From contig OZ260667.1 of assembly GCA_965285935.1 (NCBI GenBank), forward strand, positions 17,298,001-17,362,000: 64,000 nt of DNA, in the 5' to 3' direction. The position numbers and the translations under genes are program-made. The stretch comes from Ophelia neglecta (Eukaryota). The notes beneath the pieces are model-generated. The model ran no database searches. It was given only the letters and a program-made list of their open reading frames with translations, and was not told the origin of the DNA. Each line of letters starts with the position of its first letter. Within the stretch, counting starts at the first letter, position 1. This document shows positions 28,801 through 42,130 of this stretch, piece after piece.

Positions 28801-31144
28801 AAATAATCAAAGTGGTTGGAATCCATAAAACTAAATGGTATCAACAACTTCTCCTAGAAAGCAGTCAATTGACGAGTACCAGTCAATGGACAGGTTTATG
28901 TTGTAGTCACTTTTTATCGCCTCTATGTTACAAAATGTTGTTTACAGTGCCTTGGCATACTTACCCATCATATTGACAAAAGGCATCACTGGAAACATAC
29001 CAGTTCCTGAACAGTCAACATGTCAAGGCTAATTACAAGTGAAAAGACTTGGTGAAAATGAAATGTGTAGCATTAGGAAGGGCTTGAAAATGGTTTACAT
29101 CACATTCACATCATTCTATCTATTACTAAGATATTTCCTAGGTAGTTGCTATACCAAACCAAAAAAGCTCATTTGCAGCTTAGAATTTACTTCTCAGCAG
29201 GCAATGCTTGTTTACATGTTTACTAATAGTATAAAGATGATTGTGCCAATATCCTCTGATTGCTAATGATGTGTGTACCTTGTCATATTGTGTTATTTTC
29301 ATTTTTTATTTTGCTCCTTTTGATAGGTCTATGCCATAACTTATTTGTCCAATTATGAGTATGTGAGCCTTGTTATGGTGCTTTGTATTTCATGTTGTGT
29401 CATGCATGGGTCAGAGAGGACTTCTGAAAAAAATTAAAAGGAATAATATCTATGTCATCATAATAATCAATTTTAGGGTTTACTCCCTGGAAAACATCAG
29501 TGTAATAATATCTAACCTGAGATTACAGCATTCTCTTCGAAGTCTCTGGTTAATACCACATCATGAGAGAAACTGATATATTTCTGTTAAACCAGTCTTT
29601 ACCCTCCAATAGATCAGAGCCAAACCTATCTCAACTAAGGTGTTGATAGTATGTTCGTAATGCATGGAATGTGGCTGTAAAGATTATTTTACCCTAAATC
29701 ATTGATTTGTTAGTAAAGCATTTGCTAGCTAGTGTCTAATGGGTGATAGACTGGCCCTTTAACCTAACCTAGTAACCTGTCAATGCACTTTTTCAGTGAC
29801 TTGTCTGTAGTCAAGGGGGGGGGGGGGTATGTTGGGAAAAACTGAAAAATCAAGTTGCCATTTTCAATTAGAAGTCTATGGTGTCTGATTTCTTGTACAA
29901 AAAAATAAGTTGTATAAGATTTGTACTTAAATCCTACCCCTTACTATGTGTTTTTTGTTCTATTGTACACTTGCCAGTCCTCCTCGAAGGTTACTTTTTC
30001 GTTCACATCTCCCTGGTGTCCTTGCACCTGTCAATCTGAGGAGGCCATCTTGCTTTTTTATATCCAAGATGTGTGTTCATTTTTTAGAGAACAATGTCTT
30101 GCCATGTTCTAAGATAGCAGCTTTATTGTGTCTGAATCGTTATCTGCCTCCACACATTATGTGTACACTTGATCTGAATGTCAGTTTGACCATGCAAATT
30201 CAGTTTTATGAGGTATTAGGCAGTTTATGAAATGCTAGAGATAGTGCAGAAAGAAAGGACATATAGCAATCTTATTTACTGGTACCTTAATTTTCATGTA
30301 AAAAACTAAAGTTGCTGAGTTTTGTATGAAAACAATTGTGTGTGCTGACAGAGCAGGCTTTTGCTTTGATTTAGCTTACATCTTCTCTACTGTAAGTCAG
30401 CCTAAATATTTGCCACAATAAGTAGTGAGAGGTTTTTATCTACATTCTTCTGTAATTGATGGTTTATGTTCAGAATGTCAAGCTCATGGAAGCATAAGGT
30501 GTAAAAGCAATGGTAAATAAATCCAGCTTCTATATACAGAAATAATAAGTACCTTCCGCATTTCACCTCTGACTTTTCTAGGAAGTATTCACAAAAATGA
30601 ATTATCTTCCAAGCAAGGATGTCTTTTCATGAACAGGTAAAAATACAATGATAATTGGTGTTTTTATGGCTAGTATCTGGCCATGTGGAGTTTGATTGTA
30701 CTTTGCTGTTTGCTGTTGATAAGGCTAGACATGCACCTTTGTCACGAATGCCATGTAGGAAGAAAAAATATGAACACATTTGACAGCTCAGTTTAGCACA
30801 AAATATTATGTGTTCTTTCCTGTGCAAAATGGAAGTTCCACCTTGCTTTACTCTATTCAAATACTCATTTTAGATATCATGGTGGTAAGAACAAAATAAA
30901 GATAAATTCATTCATTCCAACCAGTCTTTCCAGTGTTTGTGAGTTTTATTTTACCTGAATTGCACATGCAATGTGTTTGGCAGAGTTCAGTTTATTTCCT
31001 ATCAGAGCAAGTCCAAACTCCTTTTACAGTTCTTTTCAGGAAGAGAAATGCAAGCATATTCTTTGAAGTAACAATACGAGAAATTCAAATTTCCTCTTCA
31101 TGAAGATAATATATATATATATTTATATATTTTGTCTATTTCAG

Positions 31145-31307
31145 TTTCGCCCCAAGCTGGGGAGGATGTCTAAAGTGAACAAGTCTGTTCGCTGTGAGAC
31201 TTGTGCCATCTCTCTCAACTCGGAGCAGCAGGCTCAGCAACATTACAGTGGGAAAAACCATCTGAAAAAACTCAAGCAGGCACAAGGCGAGAAAACAGGC
31301 AAAACAG
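31145..31307 (+). CDS. ZNF385: Coding exon with a matrin/U1-type (zf-met) C2H2 zinc finger: FRPKLGRMSKVNKSVRCETCAISLNSEQQAQQHYSGKNHLKKLKQAQGEKTGKT
   Basis: Acceptor ttttgtctatttcag| at 31144, donor CAG|GTGAGT at 31307/31308, 163 nt (phase 0 in, phase 1 out). C-x2-C-x12-H-x5-H with the LNS..QA..HY.GK.H.KKLK signature of ZNF385/ZMAT-family RNA-binding fingers. Exact paralog assignment needs a search. Confidence 0.9.
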
Positions 31308-31648
31308 GTGAGTGGTTGATCCCAGACAAAAGATAGATAACTACAACAATAATGCAACAGTTACTGGAATGGAAGAGGCCATTCCAGGTAGCATTTAGAA
31401 AAATTGTTGTCTGATTTTTGATTGGATGCTGAAGGTGGGGAGATTGGCTCAAATTTGGCTTATCAGGACTGTACCTTCCCACGCAAAAATGGTTCAAAGT
31501 TTTCTTGTTTGCTCCTTTGCCAGCTTCACTTATTTTTCCAAGTCATTTGTTTCTTTTGCCTATTCAAACAGCTCCTAGTAGCTAGAATACTTCCATTTGT
31601 AGTAATATTTTTGTCTAACAGTGCTAGATAGGCATTTACAATGTATTG

Positions 31649-31685
31649 TTGTTGTTTGGGGTTTTTACGTGGCTTTCAACACTTA
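31649..31685 (-). mobile_element. Severely 5'-truncated SINE/LINE 3' end (37 bp) with a 12-bp target-site duplication
   Basis: tacaatgtattg at 31637-31648 and 31686-31697 flanks an insert whose minus strand reads taagtgttgaaagccacgtaaaaaccccaaacaacaa, ending in a (CAA)n tail like invertebrate SINE 3' ends. Confidence 0.7.
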
Positions 31686-32249
31686 TACAATGTATTGACA
31701 GAGGAAGTCATATGCCAGGAACTTGATGAATTGTATAAACCTTAACCTCTGTTAATTGATATGTTTTTTCAACACCAAATATTTGCTAAATGGTCCTAGA
31801 TGAGCATATGAAATTAATTGACCACTAATAAGAAGTCATATAAAAGGATTTTCCTGGTGACCTTCAATTTGACCTTTACCCTTTTTGGCAAGTTTTAACC
31901 AGAGTATTCATCTATTCATAAATTATTCATTCATTCAAGGTCATATTGCATAGAAAGCCTACTTTGCACAGACAAAGCTATTAAATAATGTGGAAAAAAT
32001 CTGTGTGTGTTTTGAGATTATGATTTGCCCCCTTTCACCTGTTGGCATTTTCGAGAGACATATCACAGAGGTGCACTGTCTTGTTAAACTGAGAGCTGTA
32101 CTTTCAGCTCATCATCAGGTCGTAACATCCTTTTTTATGTATCATTGACAAAGGAGCCTCATATTTCATTTTCACCCTTGTCTGTCCACTTTTGTAATTA
32201 TTACAGGAAGTAGCATCTGTTTTTAAGGTGAAGGCACAGTATATATATA

Positions 32250-32428
32250 CAGTAAAACCTGCCTTGAAGACCACCTCTATAATCAGATCATCTGTCAATT
32301 CAGACCACTAATATGAAGACCATGAGGTATACTTTCTATGTTAAATAACCTGTCTAAACAGACCACCTCCAAAAATCAGACCAGCATTTTCCAGTCCCTT
32401 TGGTGGTTTTAATTCACAGGTTTCACTG
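32250..32428. mobile_element. Tc1/mariner-superfamily (pogo/Tigger-like) MITE, 179 bp
   Basis: TA|cagtaaaacctg ... caggtttcactg|TA: TIRs 11/12 identical, TA TSD on both sides, and several internal (a)gacca(c) sub-repeats. Confidence 0.85.
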
Positions 32429-33968
32429 TACATGTACCTTTCTCACCTAACATTCAGAAATTCATTTCCCTAGTGCTTCAGCCTCCTATGAGGTGTCTAC
32501 ACAACTAAGCTAATCTTGACAGCACTTTATCTTGCTTAGCTGTCCCCGGGCAACATTTGAGTCTGTTTTAGCAGATTCTGCAGCAGAAAACATCAATAAT
32601 ATGTTTCCAAAAAGGCAGCCACAGTGATTAATCCTACTGTGGATTTGCATGCATGCAGCTTAGTATTTTCCTTAGACGGAAATCTCTTGGAAATCTTGTT
32701 GTTTCTGCACCTTTGAGTGTGCAACCTTGATTGATTGCTGTTGAAAGCATGATAAATCTTACCTTGTCAGAAATACTGCTCAACAGGGCCTAGGTCTACT
32801 TCCTCACATTGAATTTATATCATGAAAATTTCACCATTAGTGCAATGTAAGGGGCATTACTATTTTATCTTATCCTGTGGCATATGGATCCATCAAAAAG
32901 GAGATAATTAAAATGTTTTATTCTGAAGTAAATGGACGGGTTCGTCCTATTTCTATAATATAATTGTTTTTTTTTTGCATGGCTTCATGCTCAAGACTTG
33001 CTCAAATACTCACGATTTCTCCTGTTCTTGGCAGAATGGATTACATCTGGTGAAAGGGACAGATTTCACAGAATATTGTAGAGTACCCTGATGTGTTGAC
33101 AGGGCCTGTCTGATATTTAACATTAGACATCAATATTTGATAAATCTTTTATCAAAACACAATAAAAAAACAAGATTTTGAAGTGTAGTGACCTATATGA
33201 AATATTAGGTCAGATTGGCCACAAGTCTATTCCTAGAAGCAAGTAGAATCTTTCTGAGATTGAGAACATTGAACTTGACCTGGGGTGGTGCAGTTTTTCA
33301 AAGGAAAAAAACATTAAAGAAACAAAGAAGGAATGTGTGATTAAGATGTTCAAACAAAGGCCCAAACGCCTGCTACTGATCTGTGCAGTCACAAATCACA
33401 AGTTATTGAGGTGAGCATTGTGATGGCTGCTGACGGTCCCCAGATGGATTTTGTATATTTACCTGGATTAACGTTCTGTAAACTTACATCACCTGACACA
33501 ACCTCTTTGCCAGTAATGTGGGCCATGTGGGATTACCTAAGACTTACACTACCTGGTATATTGTTTGGTATAGTGAGCATGGATGTAATCAGACTACAGC
33601 AGGAGGCCTTATGTGCCCCTCAGACCTACACACAACTTAACAACCTATGGCATCAGCTGAGTAAAACTCCCTCAGATCTATTTATTGATTTATAGTTTTA
33701 GCAGATCATTTAAAGTGTTCATGCTCTAATGAGATCCATAAGCACAATCTGTACCACATGCTGAAAGTTTAAGTTGATATACATGGTATTACATCTTGAT
33801 GTTACTTTACAAGTTATCTCTTTTTCTTGCTGCTAATGACATGATGAAGAGAAAATATAAGTGTGTTGAATTAAGTTACAGAGTAATCTCACCTGACTGT
33901 ATAGCTGCTTGCCCTCCAGTAATCTGAGCAGGTGAACCTAATTTGTTAGTCTAGCAAAAGTATTTGGA

Positions 33969-34946
33969 TAAGGCAAGGCAGTAATACAAGGCTTTACGGC
34001 AAAGTGGTAAGGCAAGGCGGTAAGAAAAGGTGGTAAGGCAAGGCACGGTAAGGCAAGGCTTTACAGCAAAGAGGGAAGGCAAAGGGGCAAGGCAAGGCAG
34101 TGAGGCAAGGTGGTAAGGCAAGGCACGGTTAGGCAAGGCATGGTAAGGCAAGGCTTTACAGCAAAGAGGTAAGGCAAAGTGGTAAGGCAAGGCAGTAAGG
34201 CAAGGTGGTAAGGCCAGGCATGGTAAGGCAAGGCTTTACAGCAAAGAGGTAAGGCAAAGGGACAAGGCAAGGCAGTAAGGCAAGGTGGTAAGGCAAGGCA
34301 TGGTAAGGCAAGGCTTCACAGCAAAGAGGTAAGGCAAAGTGGTAAGGCAAGGCAGTAAGGCAAGGTGGTAAGGCCAGGCATGGTAAGGCAAGGCTTTACA
34401 GCAAAGAGGTAAGGCAAAGGGGCAAGGCAAGGCAGTAAGGCAAGGTAGTAAGGCAAGGCATGGTAAGGCAAGGCTTTACAGCAAAGAGGGAAGGCAAAGT
34501 GGTAAGGCAAGGCAGTAAGGCAAGGTGGTAAGGCCAGGCATGGTAAGGCAAGGCTTTACAGCAAAGAGGTAAGGCAAAGGGGCAAGGCAAGGCAGTAAGG
34601 CAAGGTGGTAAGGCAAGGCATGGTAAGGCAAGGCTTTACAGCAAAGAGGTAAGGCAAAGGGGCAAGGCAAGGCAGTAAGGCAAGGTGGTAAGGCAAGGCA
34701 TGGTAAGGCAAGGCTTTACAGCAAAGAGGTAAGGCAAAGGGGCAAGGCAAGGCAGTAAGGCAAGGTAGTAAGGCAAGGCATGGTAAGGCAAGGCTTTACA
34801 GCAAAGAGGTAAGGCAAAGGGGCAAGGCAAGGCAGTAAGACAAGGTGGTAAGGCAAGGCATGGTAAGCCAAGGCTTTACAGCAAAGAGGTAAGGCAAAGG
34901 GGCAAGGCAAGGCAGTAAGGCAAGGCGGTAAGGCAAAGGTAGGGCA
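33969..34946. repeat. 80-bp minisatellite (~12 copies) built from AAGGC/GGTAAGGC sub-repeats
   Basis: Unit gcaaagaggtaaggcaaaggggcaaggcaaggcagtaaggcaaggtggtaaggcaaggcatggtaaggcaaggctttaca recurs every 80 nt (e.g. 34561, 34641, 34721, 34801); edges are degenerate. Confidence 0.97.
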
Positions 34947-37866
34947 CGGAAGAGAGTTATTGCACATTAGAGCTTATTCTGTAGTTACTCTGACAGCAAT
35001 CTCGTGGCTCCTACATAAATTTTTCCCACAGGCAACTATCATTGCTTTTTAAAAGTTATGAGCACTAGAAATGACAATTATACTGATGTATCACAATATC
35101 CCGTGGTTCTTTCAACAATAATAGAGGAGACAAAAAGGTCTGGAGCTAAGCAAATAGTTGACTGATAGTACATTTGGGAACACAATAATGATTCCAGGTA
35201 AATAATGGCAATAATACCTTATGAATTATGAATGATAACTGGAGCATTTGAGTTTCTGCTTTTTCATTCCAATACATACATCAGAACACTACCATTCAAT
35301 GGTTTTTGGGTGTTTTCTACTAGGAATTTTATTTCTGTGTGGTGTATGTTAATGTATAAGAAGAATGTGATTGTGGAGTGTTTGGTATTTAAGGCTGTGG
35401 TGGTGGTGTGCTGGATGAGCATTGTGAGGCCTTGGAACTGTGGGATGGGTCAGAGAGTTGTGTTTTCATTGGCTTCACCATCATTTACTGTACTGTAATA
35501 ACTGACAGCAGCCCTCCATGCAGCGAACGTTTGTGCCATGATAACCACATTGGAACTCAGGCCCTTAAACTGTTAAAGGTGATGTAGAATTATGAGTTTC
35601 ATTCTCACAAACAAGCTCTGCATTCCAAGTGGTAACTGGAGCAGTAAGTCATCTGTATCCCAGACTGGTCCCCACTTGCCCTGTCTTCTGTAGACATTTG
35701 GGATCTGTGGCTTTGCCTTGCAGATATCCATGTATAATAGATGAAGAAAATGCTAGATCACAGCTTGCTGCTGGTTTTGTTCCTAAGCCACAAAGATCAC
35801 ACTTCTTAAGATGTGGCTACCTCTCCAAGGAAAACACCTGCAGTCATTTGATTAAAATAAGATGAAAGGCAACATGCATATTATATGTAAAATAATAAAT
35901 AGATTACTGTCATAGCATGCTTGCTTTGGGAAGGAATGATATTTCATCCTGCCTCTGTTGTAGAGTTTCCATGGAGTTTTAGAAATGGCATGATGGGCAA
36001 ATCCCTGTTATGTAACTGTTGGCCTTGATTCCTAACATAGAGCAGGTCAACAAACCAGTACAACAAACATGTCTCTGTCAATCACCATCAAATGCCACTA
36101 TACCCTTATTAATACAGCCAGAAAAGTTTTCACTTCTGGAAGAATTTGACCAAATTTCCCTTCAACCACGACCTTGACATGATTGGTTTTCGTTTGCATC
36201 AACTTTTTGGTTATGCTGAATGGATCAGTGAGTGTATATACTACCAATTTTGTCTGGGATCTTTACCAAGGTCCACTGGGATTACTGATATGGCACCATC
36301 AAATCCCCGTTGGGTTGACATCTATGCACATCTGTCTCCCAATAGGCCAGCTAGCCTTGCTTCTCCTGATACCATCTGTCTTCTGCTCAAGGCTGCTTGA
36401 CTCTATACTTTGTTTATCTGTTTGGCTTGTTAACCCTATGATATGTTTTCAGGAAATGATTAAAGCCTCAGGCATCTTTATAACCTTTTGGTGCCTCTAA
36501 TTGTATGATGCCCTATGATCTGGGCTTCTTGAGCTGCATTTACAATTAACTTGTCAGGTGTGTTCTTCAGTTTTATGTGGGAGGTACCAGTTTCACCATG
36601 GGAGATGACATCATTAGATGAAAAAATAAAGCGGTTCTAATTCTGAAATTGATTTTTTGCTGTTTGTTATGTATATTATCTGACATGAGCTAGGATACCC
36701 AGGAAAGTTTATAGTATACACATGCCAGAACAGTTTATTGTATACACATGTAACATTCATAGGCAAATCTGAAGAGGATTTAGTACACAAACAACTGCTT
36801 CAGAAGCCAATCTATAAGCATCCTAGCCAGCATACTGTGTAGTAGACTGTGATGTATGTTCTCTCCACCAGTTGACGAATTGTATAACATATGTGAGTTC
36901 TGAATATAAGTGCCTGCATTCTGGAAACTTTTTCTGGTTATTCAGTGAGTCTGAAAGAAAATATAAATGCTAATTTGTTGCATGTCGTTGCCTTTTAAAC
37001 AGTATCATGTTTTTTTTATCATTTTCTGTGTCAGCAGAATGCAAACTGGGACCCAAAGACTGGCAAAACTAAAAATGGGGTGGGGCAGATTGGTACCATG
37101 GTGATAAAATACTGCATTTATTTTTATTAATTATTTTTTGTTCAATTTTTTATACTCAACTATGTTGCTGCTAAATCATGATTTCATCAGTTCTCCCTTA
37201 TCTTGTGCTATGTGTGTAAAGTTTTCCCAAGGATCCGGGATCAGACAGACATCTGAATCTGATTGTACAACGAGCCATTCATCCCTTATTACTGTATCCA
37301 TGGACATGTATCTGTCTAGACATATTAAATTGTACCTTATTCAACTGTTGTCCCCCACAGATGAGCTAACTTCTTGCATAATTTTCCTGGATGCTTGCAA
37401 TATTTTTCCAAAGAGTGACCAAACATTAATCACAGGAAAGGGTCATTTCCATAGAATGCATAAATATAACTATTCATCTTCATCATTAGACAATGAAATG
37501 CTTCAATTTCAGCTGAAATAAATGATTGAAGGGCAACAGAGCTTTTCTTTTTTTCATAAAATAATGTGTATATTTCTAGTGCATTTCATTAGTTTCTTCA
37601 AAATTGGGCATTATTAATTATCTTATCATTTCCCTACACAGATATAGTTTTAGGAACATAAAGGTAGGTTTGTTGGATTGTGATTTCGGGATAATGGGTA
37701 TGGCTGGTTCAGTCAGGTGTTTATGAGGTGTTTAAAATATTTAGAGCGCACGGTTTTACTAGTTTAGCAACAGGACTTCGGGAAGAGTGTAGGCCATCAT
37801 TCACTTACTATATCCAGATGTGCTTAACTCTCACTACTGAGTCAATGCCTGCAAGTGTGCCTGCCC

Positions 37867-38022
37867 CACAGCCCGACATAACTTTAAAAGCTTCCTACCT
37901 AAATAATTAAAATCTGGGCCCTGCTGACATATGACACATGTTAATTGTACTGAAATTCACTTGTCCAACTTCTGTTTTTTACTTGCCCTGGGCAGGCAGG
38001 CAATCGCTTATGCCAGGCCCTG
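37867..38022. mobile_element. Degenerate MITE-like element
   Basis: Left end cacagcccgacataac versus reverse complement of the right end cagggcctggcataag (11/16), with repeated acttgtcc/acttgccc subterminal motifs. No TSD found. Confidence 0.4.
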
Positions 38023-41000
38023 CTGTGCTAATTATTCATCTACCCTTTTTTTTGACACCAGTTACTCTTATGTTTTTCTCAGAACCTTGAAGGTCCATTA
38101 GCTCTTTTATTTTCAGCACAAAGGCCCAGCACTCCCCATTACCTTATATATTAAAAGTTAAATGTTTGTTCCGAATTTGCCCAGAAATTCAAATAGCAAT
38201 AACCCACATATCATTTTTTTCTATGATATAATATTCTGTGATAACCATAATGAGGGCCAGTAAGCTTTAATGCTTTACCTGCCCTCTTTGTCAGATATAG
38301 CTTTTCACTACCAGTAAGGCAAGCCAACTACATTTAAACTGCTTGTAGTAATAATCATATGGAAGCAACTAACTTGTGACCTTGTTCTTGAACTTGACTT
38401 CTTAAAGTCATATTGAATCAACTGAATATCAGGGTGTTCTGAACCCTACCCCAAGCAATGGGAGTCTGCCAAGCAGTTATGTGCTTAGAGAGGAAGTGTA
38501 TAGTTGACTTTGATTTCAGAAAAGATAGCCCTTGTAAACCTGACTGAACTTCCCTCTGGTAGATATATCTCAGTACCACTTGTACTGTACATCAGAAATC
38601 CTTCCTATACACATTAACTGTAATGCTGATGGCATGCAAGGCATCTAGGAGTTTTTCACTACTCTCTTGAATGTGTCTTTGATCATGGTTTAGGGGGGTA
38701 GCCATCATCACTTTGACTGTAAGTATGCCTTTGGGGCCGCTCAGCTCATATTATATACTGTAATACTGAAAGCACATAAAATAATCAAAATTATTAATCC
38801 AGGTACTGTTATAGCTAAAGGCGAGGTACATTAATTAAATATGGGCTGTTTATAGATATTTGAATCGGCAAATATCTGTTCGTTTTCAAGTGCAAAGATA
38901 GCATGCCACAGGGTATGTGCAATAGAATAGGAAAGCTGTTTAATATCAAAATTAAGAGCTCATTATACAAGTGGAGATAGATGAGGATTCCTTCTGTGGT
39001 AAAGCACATGGCTGTGGCTCCGTACCTCTGTCTGAAGCACTGTTGCTCTTGTACAAATGAATTAGTATCATGGAGGTTGTCTTAGAAATGTAATAACATG
39101 GCAAGGCCGGGAAATCAATAACCCCTAATTTCCCTTTTGTTGATACAAATCCAGAAATTATGATAGAAAGTAGCAATTATTTCTTTCATCTGCGGTCCTG
39201 AGTTCATTTATTATCAATTACCTCTTGCTAGCTATGGTTGGTGATGTTTGGGTCAGTGATTTGGGTGTTGGGCTCTACATCACCACCTAGTCCATTAAAT
39301 CTGTAGCCGTGGGGTGCCAAGAGATTTGTGTAGGTATCGCTCACTAGGCCTGCACACTCATCTGGCAGTGCCAGGAAGGAGGAACGACTTTTGATTTGTT
39401 GATGACCATGGTGACCAATTGCTTCAGGCTACCATTACCAAGGAAAGCTCTTCTATACAGACTAAAAAGGCTGTCTGTTGGAGAACACCTGACTTATCAG
39501 CAGATTACAAATTCCTGCACCAGCAGATAAATGTTCTTCCACTGGAAGAATTTCTCCTAGGAATTTGGAAATAGCTTGGTTTGCTGACCATGCTCCCTAA
39601 TATATTGATAGATAATTGGAGGTCCAGTGCTCTGAGTGATATTGAGATGATATCTGATGGGTGGATCCTGAGGTGTAATGTGGTAGTGACCTGGCATGCT
39701 CTGCTAGGCTCAGGGTCTCTGGGGTCAAACACCATCCTTGATATATTGATCAGTTTATATTAGTGTTGAACTGGAATCTTCCATTTGTTCAGAAGAATTC
39801 TACATCTTATAATATTACTCAGACATTTTCCATATGTACAATGTATATGTTTTACCATTACCTTAATTCTTTCTGATGAAAGTTATCTTGACTTTCAGCA
39901 CATCAGCCAGAAGAAGGATCTTGATCATTTAATGTACATATATATTGCATTAAATTGTGTTCACTTTAAGCTTATATGGGATTTTTTGAAAAGCAGTGGA
40001 TTGAGTTCACTTTAATTTGCTTTGGTTGCTATGGCCCCTTGAGTTTCTCACTTTTTAAAAGCCTTCAGAATGTCACAGAGTATTACTCATAAGAGTCAGA
40101 AAATATCCTCAACTTGACAAAACTCATGTTAGCTTAAATTAAATGGAACATTTTCTTATCTTTAAAAAAAATTAAATTGAACAATGAGGGAATAGTGGTA
40201 AAAGGGACTGTCTATGTTGCTCAACACTGTGAGCCATTTACACAGAAATGAGTGTGTTAGCAAATTTGTACCTTAGCACTTTGTAGCCCTGTTACTGGAT
40301 CAGTGAGATAGATATCCCGAAATAGTACCTCTCAGATAAGAACAAGTAGTAACCCATAACGCCCCCATAATATGCACATTAAATCACCTATCTTATCTCT
40401 CCATGGTAACATATACCAATATAATGGAGCCAAGGAATGCTAGCAAAAACTGACCAATACACCCTAGACTCTCTGTGTATTATCATTGTCAGCTGAGAAA
40501 GCCAGAAAGATAGAGAGATCTTCAACTTGTGCCAGATTGGTATTTTTAAAACAAACAAGCATTCACCTGTCTACACAAAAAAACTGTTTGGGATTCTTCA
40601 TGTTTGCCACTGAGAAAAGGATTTTAAGGACTTTGAAATGAATGAAGACTGGCCTGAAATCTAATTAAATCATTATGTGTAGTTTTTTAAACAATTCTGA
40701 CAGTGTGGGTAAAAACTGATGATCAGAAATGACTGATGGAGTTGAGAAGTTGAGGGAGGTCATGTAGTAGATATTGAGGTCCCTAAGGCTTAGCCATTAA
40801 ATACTAAACGATCGGGTGACAAAGTATTGCTGTATTGGCTCTAGGGTTAGTGTGGGTGCTGCCAGGAACATTTAATCCCCTCAGCAGTCCAAAAATGACT
40901 GTTGGCCAAATGATAAATCCACTAGCTATAAATGTGTATTGTAGAACACTGATTTTTTGCTTGACTTACTTATATTATGTGCGCAATTTCACTGTTGCCA

Positions 41001-42089
41001 CAAATGCTTGAACAATTAGCATGGTGAATATTTTCTGACTTATCGACAAATAATTACCCAAAAATCAAAACTTGTAAAATATTAATCATACAACTATTCA
41101 AGCAACATGTGTGACAAATAAAACAAAAATAAGAATGATAGTAGAACTCGAAATGATACACAGAAGCCCTGTATTTTAATTAATTTTAGAATCATGATAA
41201 ATACTGCCTTGAATACTCCTATTCGTCTACATGTATGGCCTCAAGGAGTGACTCATGTGTAAAAGATGATTGAAATATTTTGACAGCATCTAGAAGATTG
41301 GAGAAGGCAATGTTGTAGTGTTAGCTGCATGTTTTTGTCATTGGATATCAAATTAAAAGCAAATAGCAAATATAGATCATGCAAGTGTTCAATCCATATA
41401 AAAATAATGAACAGAATAAAATGCATAATATGAGATATTGAGGCCAGCATATTCGAGCATTATTTTTCCATGCTGTAAAGATTGCAAATGCAGTATTCTA
41501 GCCATCATCTGTTTCAAATGATGGGTGTATAAGGTTTAATACATTAGGGTAAGCTAAACAACACATAAAATTCAAAATTCACTATCACAGGAATTCAAAA
41601 TTAAGTGATATTTATCATGACTCTTAGGTACCACAAAATTTCTTGTTTGTGAAAAGTATTCATGAAAACATGAACATATAGTTGGCATTGCCGAAACTAA
41701 TAGCTGTACAGTAAATGCTCAGTGTGAGCTCACTTGGTCCAACCCAATGATCTGTGCTGGTTTATTTATAGAGATTTAATGCCTGATTCTAGGAATTAAC
41801 CAGAAATTAACATCTGTTTATGTTTAGGTCTAATATTGCCTGGCATGTTCAGCTATGATTGTAGGTCAGCTATTTTCGGTCACTGGCTGACCGGCCATGA
41901 ATTCCAGGTACATCACTGTCGTAAGAAATAAATATTGACTTGAAGTCAATTTGTTGACAGTTTACCTGTTCTTGCCTTTATGAATGAGTGTGTTTCATCA
42001 ACATTGCAGTTTTAGATACAATTTGAATTATAAGATGCTCACCACAGTTGAAGAAAATGCAAAGTTGACTTGCTCAATGTTCATATCCA

Positions 42090-42130
42090 GGGAGGGGAGG
42101 GGGGAGGGAGGGGTTAGTGGGAGGGAGGGG
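42090..42130 (+). repeat. G-run cluster, potential G-quadruplex
   Basis: gggaggggaggggggagggaggggttagtgggagggagggg: eight runs of 3 or more G, mostly with 1-nt loops. Confidence 0.6.

Larger units (their letters stand above)
11025..31144 (+). other. GT-AG intron, ~20.1 kb, phase 0
   Basis: Starts GTAGGT, ends TTTCAG, joins the two coding exons in frame. Small intervening exons cannot be excluded. Confidence 0.65.

Noticed and set aside
33951-34967. Series of minus-strand ORFs (MPCPFALPLCCKALPYH...)
   Set aside because: They are translations of the 80-bp tandem repeat shifting frame with each unit; no independent coding evidence.
37138-37521. 127-aa ORF (also 60642-61028, 47149-47454 and other short ORFs in the track)
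   Set aside because: Composition is typical of random AT-rich intron translation, with no recognisable domain or exon boundaries.
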